Notes: generated by a model from the sequence alone, not told the origin. DNA of 64,000 nt from Eledone cirrhosa (GCA_964016885.1 OZ024744.1:108252001-108316000), one strand, 5' to 3'. Counted from the first letter of the stretch, positions 45,745 to 60,039 are shown. Translations and numbers: made by a program.

Positions 45745-46063
45745 TAATAATAAATGAAGTAATTCCGTCGGAAAAGTCCAGGAAAGAAGAGTGCTCTATG
45801 TAGGTAACATAGCTTAATAGTTATGTAATAAACAACATAAGGCAATTATTCCATTTACCAGTGGTTTCTTAAAAGCAAAACATGTTGCTTTCAATCTTCA
45901 GAATGAAAAAATCCTGGTCTGTTTATTGAATTTGGATTTTAAAAACCAAATTCAATAAACAGACCAGGATTTTTTCATTCTGAGGATTGAAAGCAACATT
46001 TTTTGCTTTTAAGAAACCACTGGTAAATGGAATAATTGCCTTATGTTGTTTATTACATAACTA
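45745..46063 (-). mobile_element. Fold-back pLTR element in (TA)n (~118-bp arms + tail)
   Basis: 45817-45935 inverted versus 45946-46063; CTGAAGA-TT-GAAA-GCAA..TTGC-TT hammerhead-like core; tail hairpin ending GAGCACT. Confidence 0.7.
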
Positions 46064-47179
46064 TATATAATAATATATAAGATCAAAAGATGGTTAAAAG
46101 AGTTCCATGTATTTTATTATGCGCATTTCAAAAACAAATATCATCATGCAATAACATTTGCGTTTTCGTCAGATAAAATAGGGAGATATGATATGAAGGT
46201 TAAAACACACTTGTGAATAGTGCAGTTTTTAATCAACATATGAAAAGTAGTTTTAGATTGATGTGTGATATTGGGAAAAAAATTGAGGCGGGGGGGGGGG
46301 GGTGAAAAGGAGGAGGAGATGAGAGTAAAAAGTGGAGGGGGAGGAGTATAATGAGGAAGGATGAGATAGGAGGAGAGATGGGTGATAGAGAGAGAGAGAT
46401 AGCTTTTATAACTGAGAAAAATATATTGTTTTACATAGAGAGGTTGAAAAACCGTTGGAAGATAATATATAAATTAAAAGAATTTGAAAATTAACGAAGA
46501 GAAAAATTTTAGAATAATGTTAAATTAAGGTTTGTATATTTAAGGGTTTAATAATATGTGCGATGAAAAGAAATTGTTAATATGTATTAAGAATAATATT
46601 TAAGGGTTTAATAATATGTGCGATGGAAAGAAATTGTTGATATGTATTATTAAAAAATATAAAAATATAGCAATAGTAATGTAATTAAGGATATATTGTG
46701 AAAGAAGTAGAAGAGAGGATGAATAAGTGTAATATGTATAAGTTAGATGAGCATGAAAGGGAGAAAAAATAATGAATTGAGGATGAAAAAACGTCAAAAA
46801 AATGTTTATGTTTACGAAGGATTTTTTCAAGGTGATATAAAGTAAGAATATATTGTGCTGTGTAATAATTGTTTCTACGTTAGGCACAATGATAATTGAG
46901 AAGTGTCTAGGAAGAAAAGGTACAGATTAGGGGTTAGAAATTAAAAGAAAGAGAAAAGAAAAGAAAAAGGGAAAAGAAAGAAAGGGAAGTGATAAATAGG
47001 AGTGAAATAAAATGAGTATCTAGTATTATATAATGTATAATAAATAACATTGAAATAAGGTAGAAAGATGAGTATATTTTTAAAGAAATATATATGTATA
47101 TATATATATGTGCCTTTGAGAAAAGGATTTTAAATTGGTAAAGTATTAGATATTAGCTGTATACTTTATGGAATGTTCT

Positions 47180-49478
47180 GTGGAATTTATGCAAGCAGAG
47201 AGAGAACAAGTCAGTGCGTCTATTTATTATAGAATCTAAATTAGATATAATGGTAAATTTCTCACATAAACAGAGATTGCATGTCTTGGATAGAGAACTG
47301 TTCAAGTATGGAGCAGTGGAGCTACGAGCTTAACAAAGAATTATATGAAGCATACAAACAATCTGAACCCCAAAAGTTCCGTTTTATGCAAAGGCTAAAA
47401 CCTTTATGGAACTCCAAACACCCAGAATTAGACTTTTCACGAAAGCATTTAAATGAACAGGCAAAACGTATCAATAGATGTAAATTGATACATCTAACGG
47501 AATTGAGTGATACTACAAATACAGCCCTTGTAGACAACCACTCCGCTGCCACTGACAGAGAATGGCCAGCTAAATCTAACAGTGATCAGCTCACCAACAA
47601 TTTTGCTGAAATCCATCCCACTTCCACTGAAGAACAGCGAGAATGGTCAGCTAACTCTAGTAGTAATTGTCACCACATCAACAACGAGGCTGAAATTCAT
47701 GACTCTACTGTACAAACAGAACACCAAAAACTTGTGGACACCTTACAAGTGATATGGGATAATATGTTTCAAGAGATACACAGCCTTAATGTGAGTGACA
47801 GACCATACAGCACCAGAATCAGTAAAGAACCCACTAAATTGGAATTGGAAGCGGTGAACGAAATAGCTGACAATTATCTGAAGTCTATCCACTATCTAAA
47901 GGTGTAGAAACGACATTTGAAACGCTTAACATTTTGTTATATATTTCAGCTGTCACATTGCTATCATATAACAAACATCTAAAACCACGCAATCAAGATA
48001 CAAACAAAAAGCCTGAACCAGCGTGGATGCGAAATTTAAAAAGCAAAATTTTGTCCCTGAGACGAAGTATCTCACACATCACAGTCGTTATGAAATGCAA
48101 CATAGAGAGCAACTTCACATGACACCAAGAAGAACTAAAATAAAGGTTAGAGAGACGATTTGGAGATACAAAATTTAAAACTTTGCACTCCAAATTACAC
48201 CAGTTGAAACAACAACTCACAGCTACAATAGAAAGACTAAAATATAAGTCAACAGCACATAAACGACAAGTGCTAAATAGATTGTTTGCCAGAGATCCTA
48301 AATCAGTTTATCGCAGCTTCGGTAGCAAATGCTCAATCTCTGTAAATGACACCCCTTCAAAAGAACAGGTTGAGAGCTACTGGAGATCTGTATGGGAAAC
48401 GGATGACGGATTCAACAGACAAACTAATTGGCTAAAATAACTGGAACAGGACTACTGCCAACATGTCCAGACAAAACAATATGACATAGATGGGTCAATA
48501 CTGGAAACAGCTCTACAGAAAATGTCGAATAGGAAATCACCAGGCCCAGACCTCATTACAGGATACTGGTTGAAGAATTTCACTTTCTATCGGCAAGATC
48601 TCATACGGCTATTTACAGAAACCATTAAAGGCACACAAGAACTGCCCAGATGGTTATCAACTGCCACTACTCTCCTCATTCCCCAAAATAGCCAAACCAC
48701 CCTTGCTAAAATAGCCTGCCCAATAGCATGGCAAAATAGCCTGCCCAATAGCCTGCCGAAACATCATGTATAAATTATATACTGGGTGCCTTAACCTGTT
48801 CTTACAAGATCACTGTGCTACCAACAATATTATAACACCTGAGTAAGCTGGTGGAAAGAGGGAGGTGTGGGGTTGCATAGATCACCTACTAACTAATAAA
48901 ATGATTCAAGAAAAAACAACAAAGAATCGCAGAAACATGACTGTGTGTGGCTGGACTATCAAAAAGCATTTGATAGTGTACCTCATAGGTGGATTGTTAA
49001 GGCTTTACAGTTAGCCAGATTCCCACAACCACTGGTAGCTGCTGTTGAACATCTGACCAAGAACTGGTACACCAATTTGATCCTTAGAGGTGAGAAGGAG
49101 CAAGTTAAGACTGATAAGATACATTACCAGAAGGGCATCTTTCAGGGTGATAGCTTGTCAGTACTACTCTTCGTTCTCTCACTAAATCCACTATCTTACC
49201 TACTCAGGAAACAAGGTGGACAAAGAAGTGGGTCCAGAAGTATCTACCATCTTTTCTTTGTTGATGACCTGAAGTTGTATGGGCCAAATATCAATGACAT
49301 CAAGAAACAATTGGACCTCATTACACAATTTTCAACAGACATCAAAATGAAATTTGGTGAGTCCAAGTGTGCATATTTGGCAGTAAAATGTGGAAGAGCT
49401 GTGCCCTCCTCTAGAAATCTAGAGATGAACGGCCTGACAATACAACCTCTGCAGTCAGGTGACAACTACAGATATCTC
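47180..49478 (+). mobile_element. Dong family B, 5' two-thirds
   Basis: ORF start at 47281; near-identical to the reverse complement of 35770-37533. Confidence 0.9.
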
Positions 49479-50241
49479 AACCACACATACATACATACAT
49501 ACATACATACATACATACATACAGGCAGACATACATACATACATACATATATACACACATACATACAGGCAGACATAGATACATACATACATGCATACAT
49601 ACAGGCAGACATACATACATACATATATACACACATACATACATACATACAGGCAGACATAGATACATACACACATGCATACATACAGGCAGACATACAT
49701 ACATACATACATACATACATACATACATACATACATACAAAAAGCGCAGCTCCCTAATTCATAGTCTACAAATGGCTGCGATAGCTGGCACCTTCAAAAT
49801 ATGCAAAACATTCTTGCGATTCAAGGGATGACAATTTCTTTTCTTTTACAACCTTGCCACCAGGAAGGTGGCCGGTCAAAAAAAATATACTCGAAATTAA
49901 GAGAAAGAGAAAACATACATACATATATACACACATACATACATACAGGCAGACATACATACATACATACATACATACAGGCAGACATACACACTTACAT
50001 ACATACATACATACATACATACGTACATACATACAGGCAGACATACATACATACTTACATACAAGCAGACATACATACACACATACATACATACATACAT
50101 ACATACATACATACACACATACATACATACTCACATACTCACATACATACATACACACATACATACATACATATATACATACATACATACAGGCAGACAT
50201 ACATACACACTTACATACATACATACATACATACAGGCATA
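49479..50241. repeat. Compound (TACA)n/CAGGCAGA repeat containing a Dong B 3' end (49738-49915, +)
   Basis: Seen directly. Confidence 0.9.
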
Positions 50242-50852
50242 CATGGTGGCTGCCAACTCGTTTTCGAGTACGGCCACTACTTTATATCCATGTAGGAGAA
50301 CCCCTTCCGATGCGCTGAACGAGTGTGACTTTTTAGTCCAGCCAGCGACTTGAAAACTCTGGTACAAACACTACACTTGTGACAATTACTGACACATAGT
50401 GCTGGGCCCATGGTACCATGTGACGACAAGTGCAGAGAGATCTCCAGATATAAAGCAATGCCTGTGCCGTGAAGCTTTTATAGTGAGCAAAGGCACTGCA
50501 CAAAGCCAGTCCCACTCTCTTAACCAAGATGATATTTACCAAAAAGAAGAACAAGTCAACATCATTGGATACCATCAGGGTTGCAGGTGTTATATCAGAG
50601 TTTTCCTTCTCCTAGAATTCTGCCTTGACAAAGGCTAAGGGGTCATCTCTCCCGGTGATTTTGGATGGCCATTGACTCTTAAGAGCTCCTTTGCCCTTTG
50701 ACAGGTTTTGTTTTTAGTCCTGCAGGATGTCCAAAGTCACCCTCCTCACCAAGAAACCTTGGTGGGGTTGCCAGTTTAGTCGCCAACGACCCGACCATGG
50801 GACAGGTTGTACTGGGATACATGTTACCAGTAGCACCAACTGGTGACCTGAC
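50242..50852 (-). mobile_element. Full-length RTE-derived non-autonomous element (~610 bp)
   Basis: Starts GTCAGGTCAC, ends GGCAGCCACCATG followed by (TATG)n. Confidence 0.88.
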
Positions 50853-51044
50853 ATATAACAGGCATACATACATACATACATACATACATACATACATACA
50901 TACATACATACATACATACATACATACACACATACATACATACATACATACATACATACATACATACATACACATATACATACATACAGGCAGACATACA
51001 CACATACATACATACATACACACATACATACATACATACATACA

Positions 51045-51365
51045 GAAGGAGGACATCTACGGACCATTGATGAGGAGTTTACAAATCCAGTATCCAAGAT
51101 ACACCTTTAGCTTCATACCCATCATTATTGGTGCTACGGGTTATATACCAACCCGCTTGGACCAAAGTATGACTGAACTTGGATTTGCGGACAAAAAGCG
51201 CAGCTCCCTAATTCATAGTCTACAAATGGCTGCGATAGCTGGCACCTTCAAAATTTGCAAAACATTCTTGCGATTCAAGGGATGACAATTTCTTTTCTTT
51301 TACAACCTTGCCACCAGGAAGGTGGCCGGTCAAAAAATATACTCAAAATTAAGAGAAAGAGAAAA
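51045..51365 (+). mobile_element. Dong family B 3' fragment between (TACA)n tracts
   Basis: KEDIYGPLMRSLQIQYP..KTFLRFKG. Confidence 0.85.
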
Positions 51366-51834
51366 CATACATACATACATACATACACACATACATACAC
51401 ACATGCATACATACATACACACATACATACATACAGGCAGACAGACAGACAGATATAATATGTATGTATTTGCTTTGTGTTGTTTTTCCCTTAAGTAGTG
51501 TAAATCTTGTTGAACATAAGAAGGTATTTCTGTATTTTCATCAATAGTTTAAAAAATATTTGTACGGCTTTTCACCTAAAGATATCACAACAGCTACAAC
51601 GATGGCAGATGGGGATTGTGGGTAATAGCGATACTATAAGAGGGGGGGGGTAGAACCTCCAGATGTGTGGTGGGGGGTGGGTGGAGAAGGAGAAGAACAG
51701 GAAGAAGAAAAAGAAGAAAAAGAAAAAGAAAAGGAAGAAGAAAAAAAAAAGAAATTCGATGCTTATCAAAAATCAATTAAATTTGGTCTTTAAAAGAATG
51801 TTTATAAACTGATCGATATTTTGTTGGTTGTTAT

Positions 51835-51838
51835 CACC

Positions 51839-51900
<62 letters not shown>

Positions 51901-51958
51901 GGTGGTGGTGGTGGTGGTGGTGGTGGTTATGGTGGTCGTGGTTGTGGTGGTAGTAGTG

Positions 51959-51990
<32 letters not shown>

Positions 51991-52132
51991 GGTTGTGGTG
52001 GTGGTGGTGGTAGTGGTAGTAGTAGTAGTAGTAGTAGTGGTGGTGTTTGTGGTGGTGGTGGTGGTAGTGGTAGTAGTAGTAGCAATAGTAGTAGTAGTAG
52101 TAGTGATGGTCGTGGTGGTCGTGGTTGTAGTG

Positions 52133-52192
<60 letters not shown>

Positions 52193-52295
52193 ATAGTAGT
52201 AGTGGTAGTAGTAGTGGTAGTAGTAGTAGTAGTAGTAGTAGTTGTAGTAGTAGTAGTAGTAATGGTAGTGGTGCTGGTAGTAGTATTAGTAGTAA

Positions 52296-52348
<53 letters not shown>

Positions 52349-52355
52349 ATGGTAT

Positions 52356-52407
<52 letters not shown>

Positions 52408-52910
52408 TATTGTTGATGTTACTGTTGTTGTTGTTGTTACTGTTGTTGTTGTTGTTACTGTTGTTGTTGTTGTTGTTACTGTTGTTGTTACTGTTGTTGT
52501 TGTTGTTACTGTTGTTGTTGTTGTTGTTGTTACTGTTGTTGTTACTGTTGTTGTTACTTTTGTTGTTACTGTTGTTGTTGTTTTTACTGTTGTTGTTGTT
52601 GTTTTTACGGTTGTTGTTGTTGTTGTTGTTGTTACTGTTGTTGTTACTGTTGTTGTTGTTGTTACTGTTCTTGTTACTGTTGTTGTTACTTTTGTTGTTA
52701 CTGTTGTTGTTACTTTTGTTGTTACTGTTGTTGTTGTTGTTTTTACTGTTGTTGTTGTTTTTACGGTTGTTGTTGTTGTTGTTGTTACTGTTGTTGTTAC
52801 TGTTGTTGTTGTTGTTACTGTTATTGTTACTGTTGTTGTTACTGTTGTTGTTGTTGTTACTGTTGTTGTTACTGTTGTTGTTACTGTTGTTGTTGTTTTT
52901 GTTGTTATTC
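51835..52910. repeat. Compound trinucleotide repeat (GTA/GTG, then GTT/ACT)
   Basis: Seen directly. Confidence 0.97.
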
Positions 52911-52929
52911 TTTTTCATATTGTTTCTTA

Positions 52930-53090
52930 CAACACTTCCATGCCTGTAGAGTTTATCCCGAACTGGCAAAGCTCCTCGGTAGTACTGCCAGGTCAGCGAC
53001 TTCTGGAAGTTGTCCATGGGCCCCGGCCGGAAGGTTCTCCCGAAGAGATTGGCTAGCTGATTTTCATCGACGTCCAGAGTTTCCCCAAGG
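52930..53090 (-). mobile_element. Internal Tx1 ORF2 fragment
   Basis: MDNFQKSLTWQYYRGALPVRDKLYRHG. Confidence 0.8.
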
Positions 53091-53556
53091 AAATTAAATG
53101 ATATTAAATAAATGGAATCTATCTTTATAAAACCATATTTATTTTATTATATATATTTCAAGGGTAACCAAGACAACATTGGTACGCTTTCATCAGATAA
53201 AATACAAAATTTGTTTTATAAATAGAGACGTACCCATGAAAATCATACCTTATCGGTTGGAAATTCACTGGATAGTGGAAATATATTAGGGATTATACAA
53301 ACTTATGTGTGAATATGCAAATGAATATGTAAATAATTGAAAAACAACCGTTTATTTAAATGATACCGGAGAAAGAGAGAGAAGAAAGAAAGAGAGAAAA
53401 AAATATTAATATTACGAAAGAGATAGAGAGAAGAAATTAACAAGAGGATGAATAGAACTCATGTAAAGTTAATATATATAAATAAAAAGTATAGAAAATA
53501 TTGTAGCAAGAAGCCAACAGTATTCCATAATATATATCTATATATATATATATATC

Positions 53557-53663
53557 GAATAGAATGAAACGAAATTTCATTTCTCAATCTTAGTACGGCA
53601 CTTACTTAAATGTAAGTATGTATGTATACGTACATACATATATGTATACAGACGTACAGTAGC

Positions 53664-53729
<66 letters not shown>

Positions 53730-54160
53730 ATACAGGCACACATATATATATGCACGTATCAGTTTACCGAACATTTATTATAATGTTCGCTTTGGTCGTT
53801 TGTAAACAAACGAACAGCCTGATTTACGCCGTACAGTGTTCAGGCAACCACGTCACCTTTTTGTTCAACACTGACACAGGAACGATGTACTAGTTTCAAG
53901 CTTGTTAGCTATCGTCAGCACCGTATACCTTTCTGCCAGATGGTTGAATGTCCGAAAGTATATACTTTCCTTATGAAAATTAACGGCTGAGCAGCCTAAT
54001 TTGCATATCGAGTGAGTTCAATCGGCCAGGCGCACCGAAAACGATAAATGGAATAGAATGAAACGAAATTTCATTTCTCACTCTTAGTACGGCACTTACT
54101 TAAATGTAAGTATGTATGTATACGTACATACATATATGTATACAGACGTACAGTAGCATG
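53557..54160 (-). mobile_element. Retrozyme/pLTR-like non-coding element, partial tandem (period ~494 bp)
   Basis: ~110-bp direct repeats 53557-53667 and 54051-54160 around a hammerhead; (TA)n flanks. Confidence 0.65.
53882..53924 (-). ncRNA. Minimal type I hammerhead ribozyme
   Basis: ACGGTG-CTGACGA-T AGCT AACA AGCT T-GAAA-CTAG-TA-CATCGT: 6-bp stem I, intact core, palindromic ACTAGT stem III, GUA site. Confidence 0.88.
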
Positions 54161-54218
54161 TATATATATATATATATATATACTTATATATATATCTATA
54201 TCTATATCTATCTATCTA

Positions 54219-54574
<356 letters not shown>

Positions 54575-54817
54575 TATACATATATATAATCTTACTTCCA
54601 GCAAGCTCGCTGTCAACTTATTTTCAACAAACAGAATGTGGCGGGGGAGAGTTTGAGCCGTCTAAAACTATAGAAAAGCACCCGCTAGGGATTGCCAAAA
54701 AAAATGTTCCTACGTTTTTTCGTCTGTTTTCAACTAATCTGACCTCGCAGTTTCTTTCGTTACGGACAACTGTGTGGGAGGGAGAGGTAACCGATAAGAT
54801 GTAAATACGTCAATAAT

Positions 54818-55005
54818 TGTTTCTACTTTAGGCACAAGGCCAGCAATTACCCAGTACATTACTGGTACTTTATTTTATCGACCCCTTAAGGATGAAAGGC
54901 AAAGTTAACCTCGGCGGGATTTGAACTCAGTATGGCAAGGGCCGTAACTCTATGCGTCAAAGCATGGCGTCCGACCCTCTACCGATACTGCCAATCCACC
55001 GCCCT
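54818..55005 (-). mobile_element. tRNA-derived SINE with TSD GTCAATAAT
   Basis: A/B boxes as at 19646; duplication on both sides. Confidence 0.85.
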
Positions 55006-55949
55006 AGTCAATAATGATTCCGATGCTGCAGTATTTGTGCTACGAAAATAAAATACATTCGACGAAGTGTCCAAACTTTCAAAATGGTCATTATATCAAC
55101 AGTAGAGGGGGAGGACGAGGGCTTCATCCTTGGCTTTCCCAGCCTCGGAAATTTCTTCTGTGGGAATGCTTTTCTTTTCTAGGTTTTTTTCGTTTGGTTT
55201 GTTTTTTTACCAATCTGATATCGGACCCGCTCTCCAACGATTCCTGTCTCTGAAAATGGAGGCAGGATGTGTTGGGGTCCCCCGGAGTTACAGATAAGTA
55301 CCTTTCAGCTGTTTAAATTTATAGAAAAGCACTCACTGGGGGTCGCGAAGAATTATTTTCCTAGGATTTTTTCATACGGTTTCAACTAATCTGATTTCCG
55401 ACATTCTCGCTATCGCTTTCTCTTCCGAAACTGGAATTGGCCGGGGGACTCTTGGATTTCCCACCCTCGGAGATTTCTTCAGTGGGAATAAAATGTGGGA
55501 AGGTAGGGGAACCCTCGGAATTACAGATAAGTACTTTTCAGCTGTTTTAGATTTACAGAAAAGCAACCCCTTGACACTGAAGTATGTTTCGATCCTTCAT
55601 CATTTTCTACTGTTGTGGAATGGTGGTAAGAAAGAGCAACCCCTGCCTCTCCCTCCACCACTATCCGAAAAAAACCCATCATAGTGAATGCCATCAACAA
55701 AAATCTTCTACAAATGATTCCTGGAGGTAGCCAGACCTATAAATAATCGACAAAGTTGAATTTCTCATCAATCTAGAACTGTCCAGTATGCTCCCACACA
55801 ACCTTGAATAGAAGAAGGGTACAGTCACCATGCTTTTCAGAAACCTGTGCAATGAGACGCATATGGTTGTGACTGAACTACAGCCTCATATTATCGAAGC
55901 CAAAATCCTCACTGGATGTGGTAGGGGAGACATCGGATTTATATCTAGA

Positions 55950-58900
55950 ATATAGGGCCCCTGAGTCCAGTAAGACGACCTATCTAGTGCTGGTGGCACG
56001 AATAAAAGCACCCAGTCCATGCTGTAAAGTGGTGCTGGTGTTAGGAAGGGCATCCGACCAGTATAATAAATGCCAAAATTATGAGCACAACAAATAAGAA
56101 TTGCAACAACTGCGTCAACAGCAATAACACTAACATTGTTAGGGCTGCGCACGGTAGTGGGGTGGCTAGTGTGGCCATGTGTGAGAACCCCACGTCCGTC
56201 ATCAAGCAATCGAACAACTGGAAAAAGAACGAGACGTCGCATCTCAGAGTTTCCACACTTAATGTTGGCACTCTAACAGGTAGATCTTGTGAGATAGCGG
56301 AGATGCCGGAGAGAAGGCATGTGGATGTGTGCTGTGTGCAAGAGGTGAGATGGAGAGGTGCCTTTGCAAGACATCGTAGTTATAAGCTTTTCTGGGTGGG
56401 TAACGATGATGGGTTAGGTGGGGTGGGCATATTACTGGCTGAGAGATGGATCAATAAGACATTAGAGGTACTTAGAGTTAGTAATAGAATATTTAAGCTT
56501 AGATTAGTTGTAGGCAAGAGACTACTGACAATCATCTCTGCCTATGCTTCCCAGGCAGGCCTAGACAAAGAAGAGAAAGACTGCTTTTACGAGCAACTTT
56601 TATAAACAGCCTCAATGACAGAGGACAGAGACATCGTTATGATAGCAGGGAACTTCAATGGACATGTTGGACAGCTCCAGGATGGATACACTTGGGTACA
56701 TGGTGGACACGGTTACGGCTCAAGAAATGAAGAAGGAGTGAGGCTTCTTGAATGTTGTGATGCAAATGCACTGACTATTTGCAACACTAACTTCCAGAAG
56801 CTTACTAACCACCTAATAACCTACAAATCAGGCGAGCACATAAGCCAGATTGACTTCCTGCTAGTTAGACAGCGAGACAGACAGATGGTGTCAAATACTA
56901 AGGCATACCCCGGGGAAGAATGTACCCCCACAGCATAGGTTAGTCATTAGTGACATCTCAGTAAGCAAGAGAAAGAATGAGACATACAGGAAGGTCTGGA
57001 AAAGAAAGGTCTGGAAGCTAAAAGACCTTTCAGTCAAATATAAATTTAGCAAAGCCCTTCAAGATGTGTATGACGAAAAAGAAGACGATTTAGAGTTGTA
57101 TGACAGATGATAACTGGAATTTCTTGCGTGACAATTTACTGCAGGCTACTGAAGAAACTTGTGGTAGGGGCAGAGCTTCAACCAGACAGAGAGTGACCTG
57201 GTGGTGGAACAGCAAGGTAGATAGGTCCATTAGAGACAAAAGACTAGCATGGAAAGCTTGGAAAAATGGTGGGAGTAGAGACGGATACACAGCCGCTAAG
57301 AGAGAAACTAGACGTCAGGTGTACTTAGCACGCAGGTAGGATGAGAGTAGGAGGTTTGTCAATGTTCTGCGACGGGAAGATCAGAGACGTGCGGTGTTCC
57401 ACATTGCAAGGCAGTGTGTCTGTGTAAATCAGGATGTTGTTGGAGATAAATGTGTCCGGAATGATGCTGGTGTACTTAGTGTCACGAATGATAAAAAAAA
57501 GGAGGCCTGGAAATGTCATTATGAGTGACTGATGAATGTGGAGAACGAATGGGTCATAGAGAAATTACCCCCAGTAGACCCGACAGAGGGACCAGCTACT
57601 GAGATTGATGAATACAGGGTACAAGAGGCAATTAAGGAAATGAAGAATGGTAAGGCTGCTAGACCGTCGGGATAGTTGCTGAGATGCTGAAGGCATTAGG
57701 AGAAGTAGGCACTAAACTAGTTACACGCATCATTAATCAAGCTATATATGGTGGTGTCATACCCAAAGAGTGGTGCAGCAGTATTCTCATAAATTGCTAC
57801 AAAGGTAAAGGTAGAGAGGAGCAATTATAGGGGCATGAAGCTGATGGATCAGATTATAAAAGTGGAAGAGAGAATATTAGAGCAACTGATTAGAGAAAGG
57901 GTAAAATTAGATGAGATGCAGTTTGGTTTTGTGCCTGGGAAAAGTACAACAGATGCCCTCTTTTTAGTGAGACAACTACAAGAGAGGTTCTTAGAGAAGA
58001 ATAAGCCACTATACTTAGCTTTTGTTGACCTAGAGAAGGCCTTTGATAGGGTCCCCCGATCTGTCATCTGGTAGTCCCTAAGGAAACTAGGTATAGAGGA
58101 ATGGCTTGTGAGGACAGTGCAAGCTATGTACAGGGGTGCTGTCAGTAAAGTGAGAATAGGAATGGAGTTTAGTGAGGACTTCCAGATACAAGTAGGAGTA
58201 CATCAAGGTTCTGTCCTCAGCCCGCTCTTGTTCATTATAGTCCTCCAAGCCATAACAGAGGAGTTTAAGACTGGCTGCCCATAGGAACTTCTCTATGTTG
58301 ATGATCTGGTTCTTATAGCAGAATCAGTAGAGGAACTAGAGAATAAATTTTGGCTATGGAAACAGCAGTTGGAATCAAGAGGACTGAGAGTGAACATAGC
58401 TAAAACAAAAGTGTTGATAAGTAGAAGAGAGGACAAAACTCTGATACCATCGGGGAAATGGCCATGTTCGATATGTAGGAAAGGAACTGGCATAAATTCC
58501 ATAAAATGTACGCAATGCAGATCTTGGGTACACAAGAGGTGTAGAAGGGATAGCAGGCAAACTAACAGGTAGGGAATACTACGCATGCAGTAGATGTACA
58601 GGGAATGTTGGCAGTAGTAATCGCAGTGATAGACACATTTTTCCAATGTAGGTGGGTTCTATAGAAGTGGTTGATAGCTTCCGGTACCTAGGTGATCAGA
58701 TTAGCATGTGAGGGGGGTGTTCTGAGACCATAGTATCTAGAATAAGGACGGGTTGGAAGAAGTTTAGGGAGCTGCTTCTTCTGTTGACAAAGAAGGGTTT
58801 CTTCGTGCGTACGAAAGGACGGTTATATGATGTCTGTGTGAGATGCGCGATGCTGCATGGTAGTGAGACATGGGCAGCAACTGCAGAGGATATGCGACGG

Positions 58901-59295
58901 CTGGAGAGAAATGAGGCAAGCATGCTCCATTGGATGTGCAGTGTCAATGTGTTTGAACGACCGAACATGGATGTGTTGAGAAAGAAACTGGGTATAAGAG
59001 GGATAAGTTGTGGTGTGCAGGAGAGATGGCTGAGGTGGTATGGACATGTGATGCGCATGGAGGATGACAGCTGGGTAAAGAAGTGCCAAGAAATGCCAGT
59101 AGAAGGAAGCTGCAGTAGAGGAAGACCGCGAAAAACATGGGCGGAGGTGGTGAGAGCTGACCTCATATCGCTGAAACTCACCGAGGAGATGACGAAGGAC
59201 CGTGACAAGTGGAGAGATGCTGTGCTGAATAGGACCCGTCCAACCCTTGCAAGCAGGGAAAAGCGGACGTAAAATGATGAGGATGATGATGATGA
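55950..59295 (+). mobile_element. Near full-length RTE-clade LINE (second family) with PHD-like finger after the RT core; (GAT)n tail; degraded
   Basis: TLNVGTLTG, VQEVRW, GNFNGHVG, IDFLL, QFGFVPGKSTTDA, FVDLEKAFDRVPR, WPCSIC..CTQCRSWVHKRC, RGRPRKTW. Confidence 0.9.
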
Positions 59296-59559
59296 ATACC
59301 TTATTTAAGTAGAGCTTTATAATGTTGAAAGTTTTTTTGCTGCTATTTCTAGCTGTAGATAAACCTATTCACATCATCTGGACAATGATAAGACGCATTG
59401 GTTTTTTACCAACTCCATATGCGTTTTCGACAGTCCCCGAATTGTGTCAGCTATGTGTGTTCATATAGTTCCATTTCTCTTCTTCACTGATGATCCAGAA
59501 TTGACTATTGAACTTCACTATTTAATGATAACACATATTTCTAAAGCGGTATTGGAATA

Positions 59560-60039
59560 CGTATGAAAGAGGATAAATAATTAACGCCAGGTATATATAT
59601 TAAAAGTTTTTAATATGCTACCTCTCGTAACTATATGTTCTTACATCCTTTGCACATCGTGTGGACTATGTATTGATGAACGAATAAATATTCTAAAGAG
59701 ATTATGCAATAGTGATTGTCTAAACACGAGAAATGAATTCTTCACACGTTGTCCACACGTCTCGAAAAACCTCTTACATAACTACAAAGCTCCGGATTGA
59801 ATCACAACAACATCCTAATTTTCTTATCAACTAGAAACTTTTCGGACTTTCGCAGTTATCTCCCTTACACCTCTCGCACGCGTTTTAGTATTGCTTGTGT
59901 GAAGTGACGGTTTCTGCGCATGCGCGTTCGTACGGTTGTCCTTCCTGTTCCGTATAACCATGTCCATTACGAGATGAGGATCCGCTAAGGTGAAACAATT
60001 GTTCTCGGTATGGTGAACTAACTGTTGTGTAACCACTTC

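Noticed and set aside
46160-46180. TTTTATCTGAYGAAA motif on the minus strand, also near 53185-53205
   Set aside because: Resembles a fused hammerhead core but has no supporting stems; AT-rich context makes chance likely.
51821-53056. Long poly-Val/Leu/Asn ORFs, and YI/CV/HT ORFs elsewhere
   Set aside because: Translations of microsatellites.
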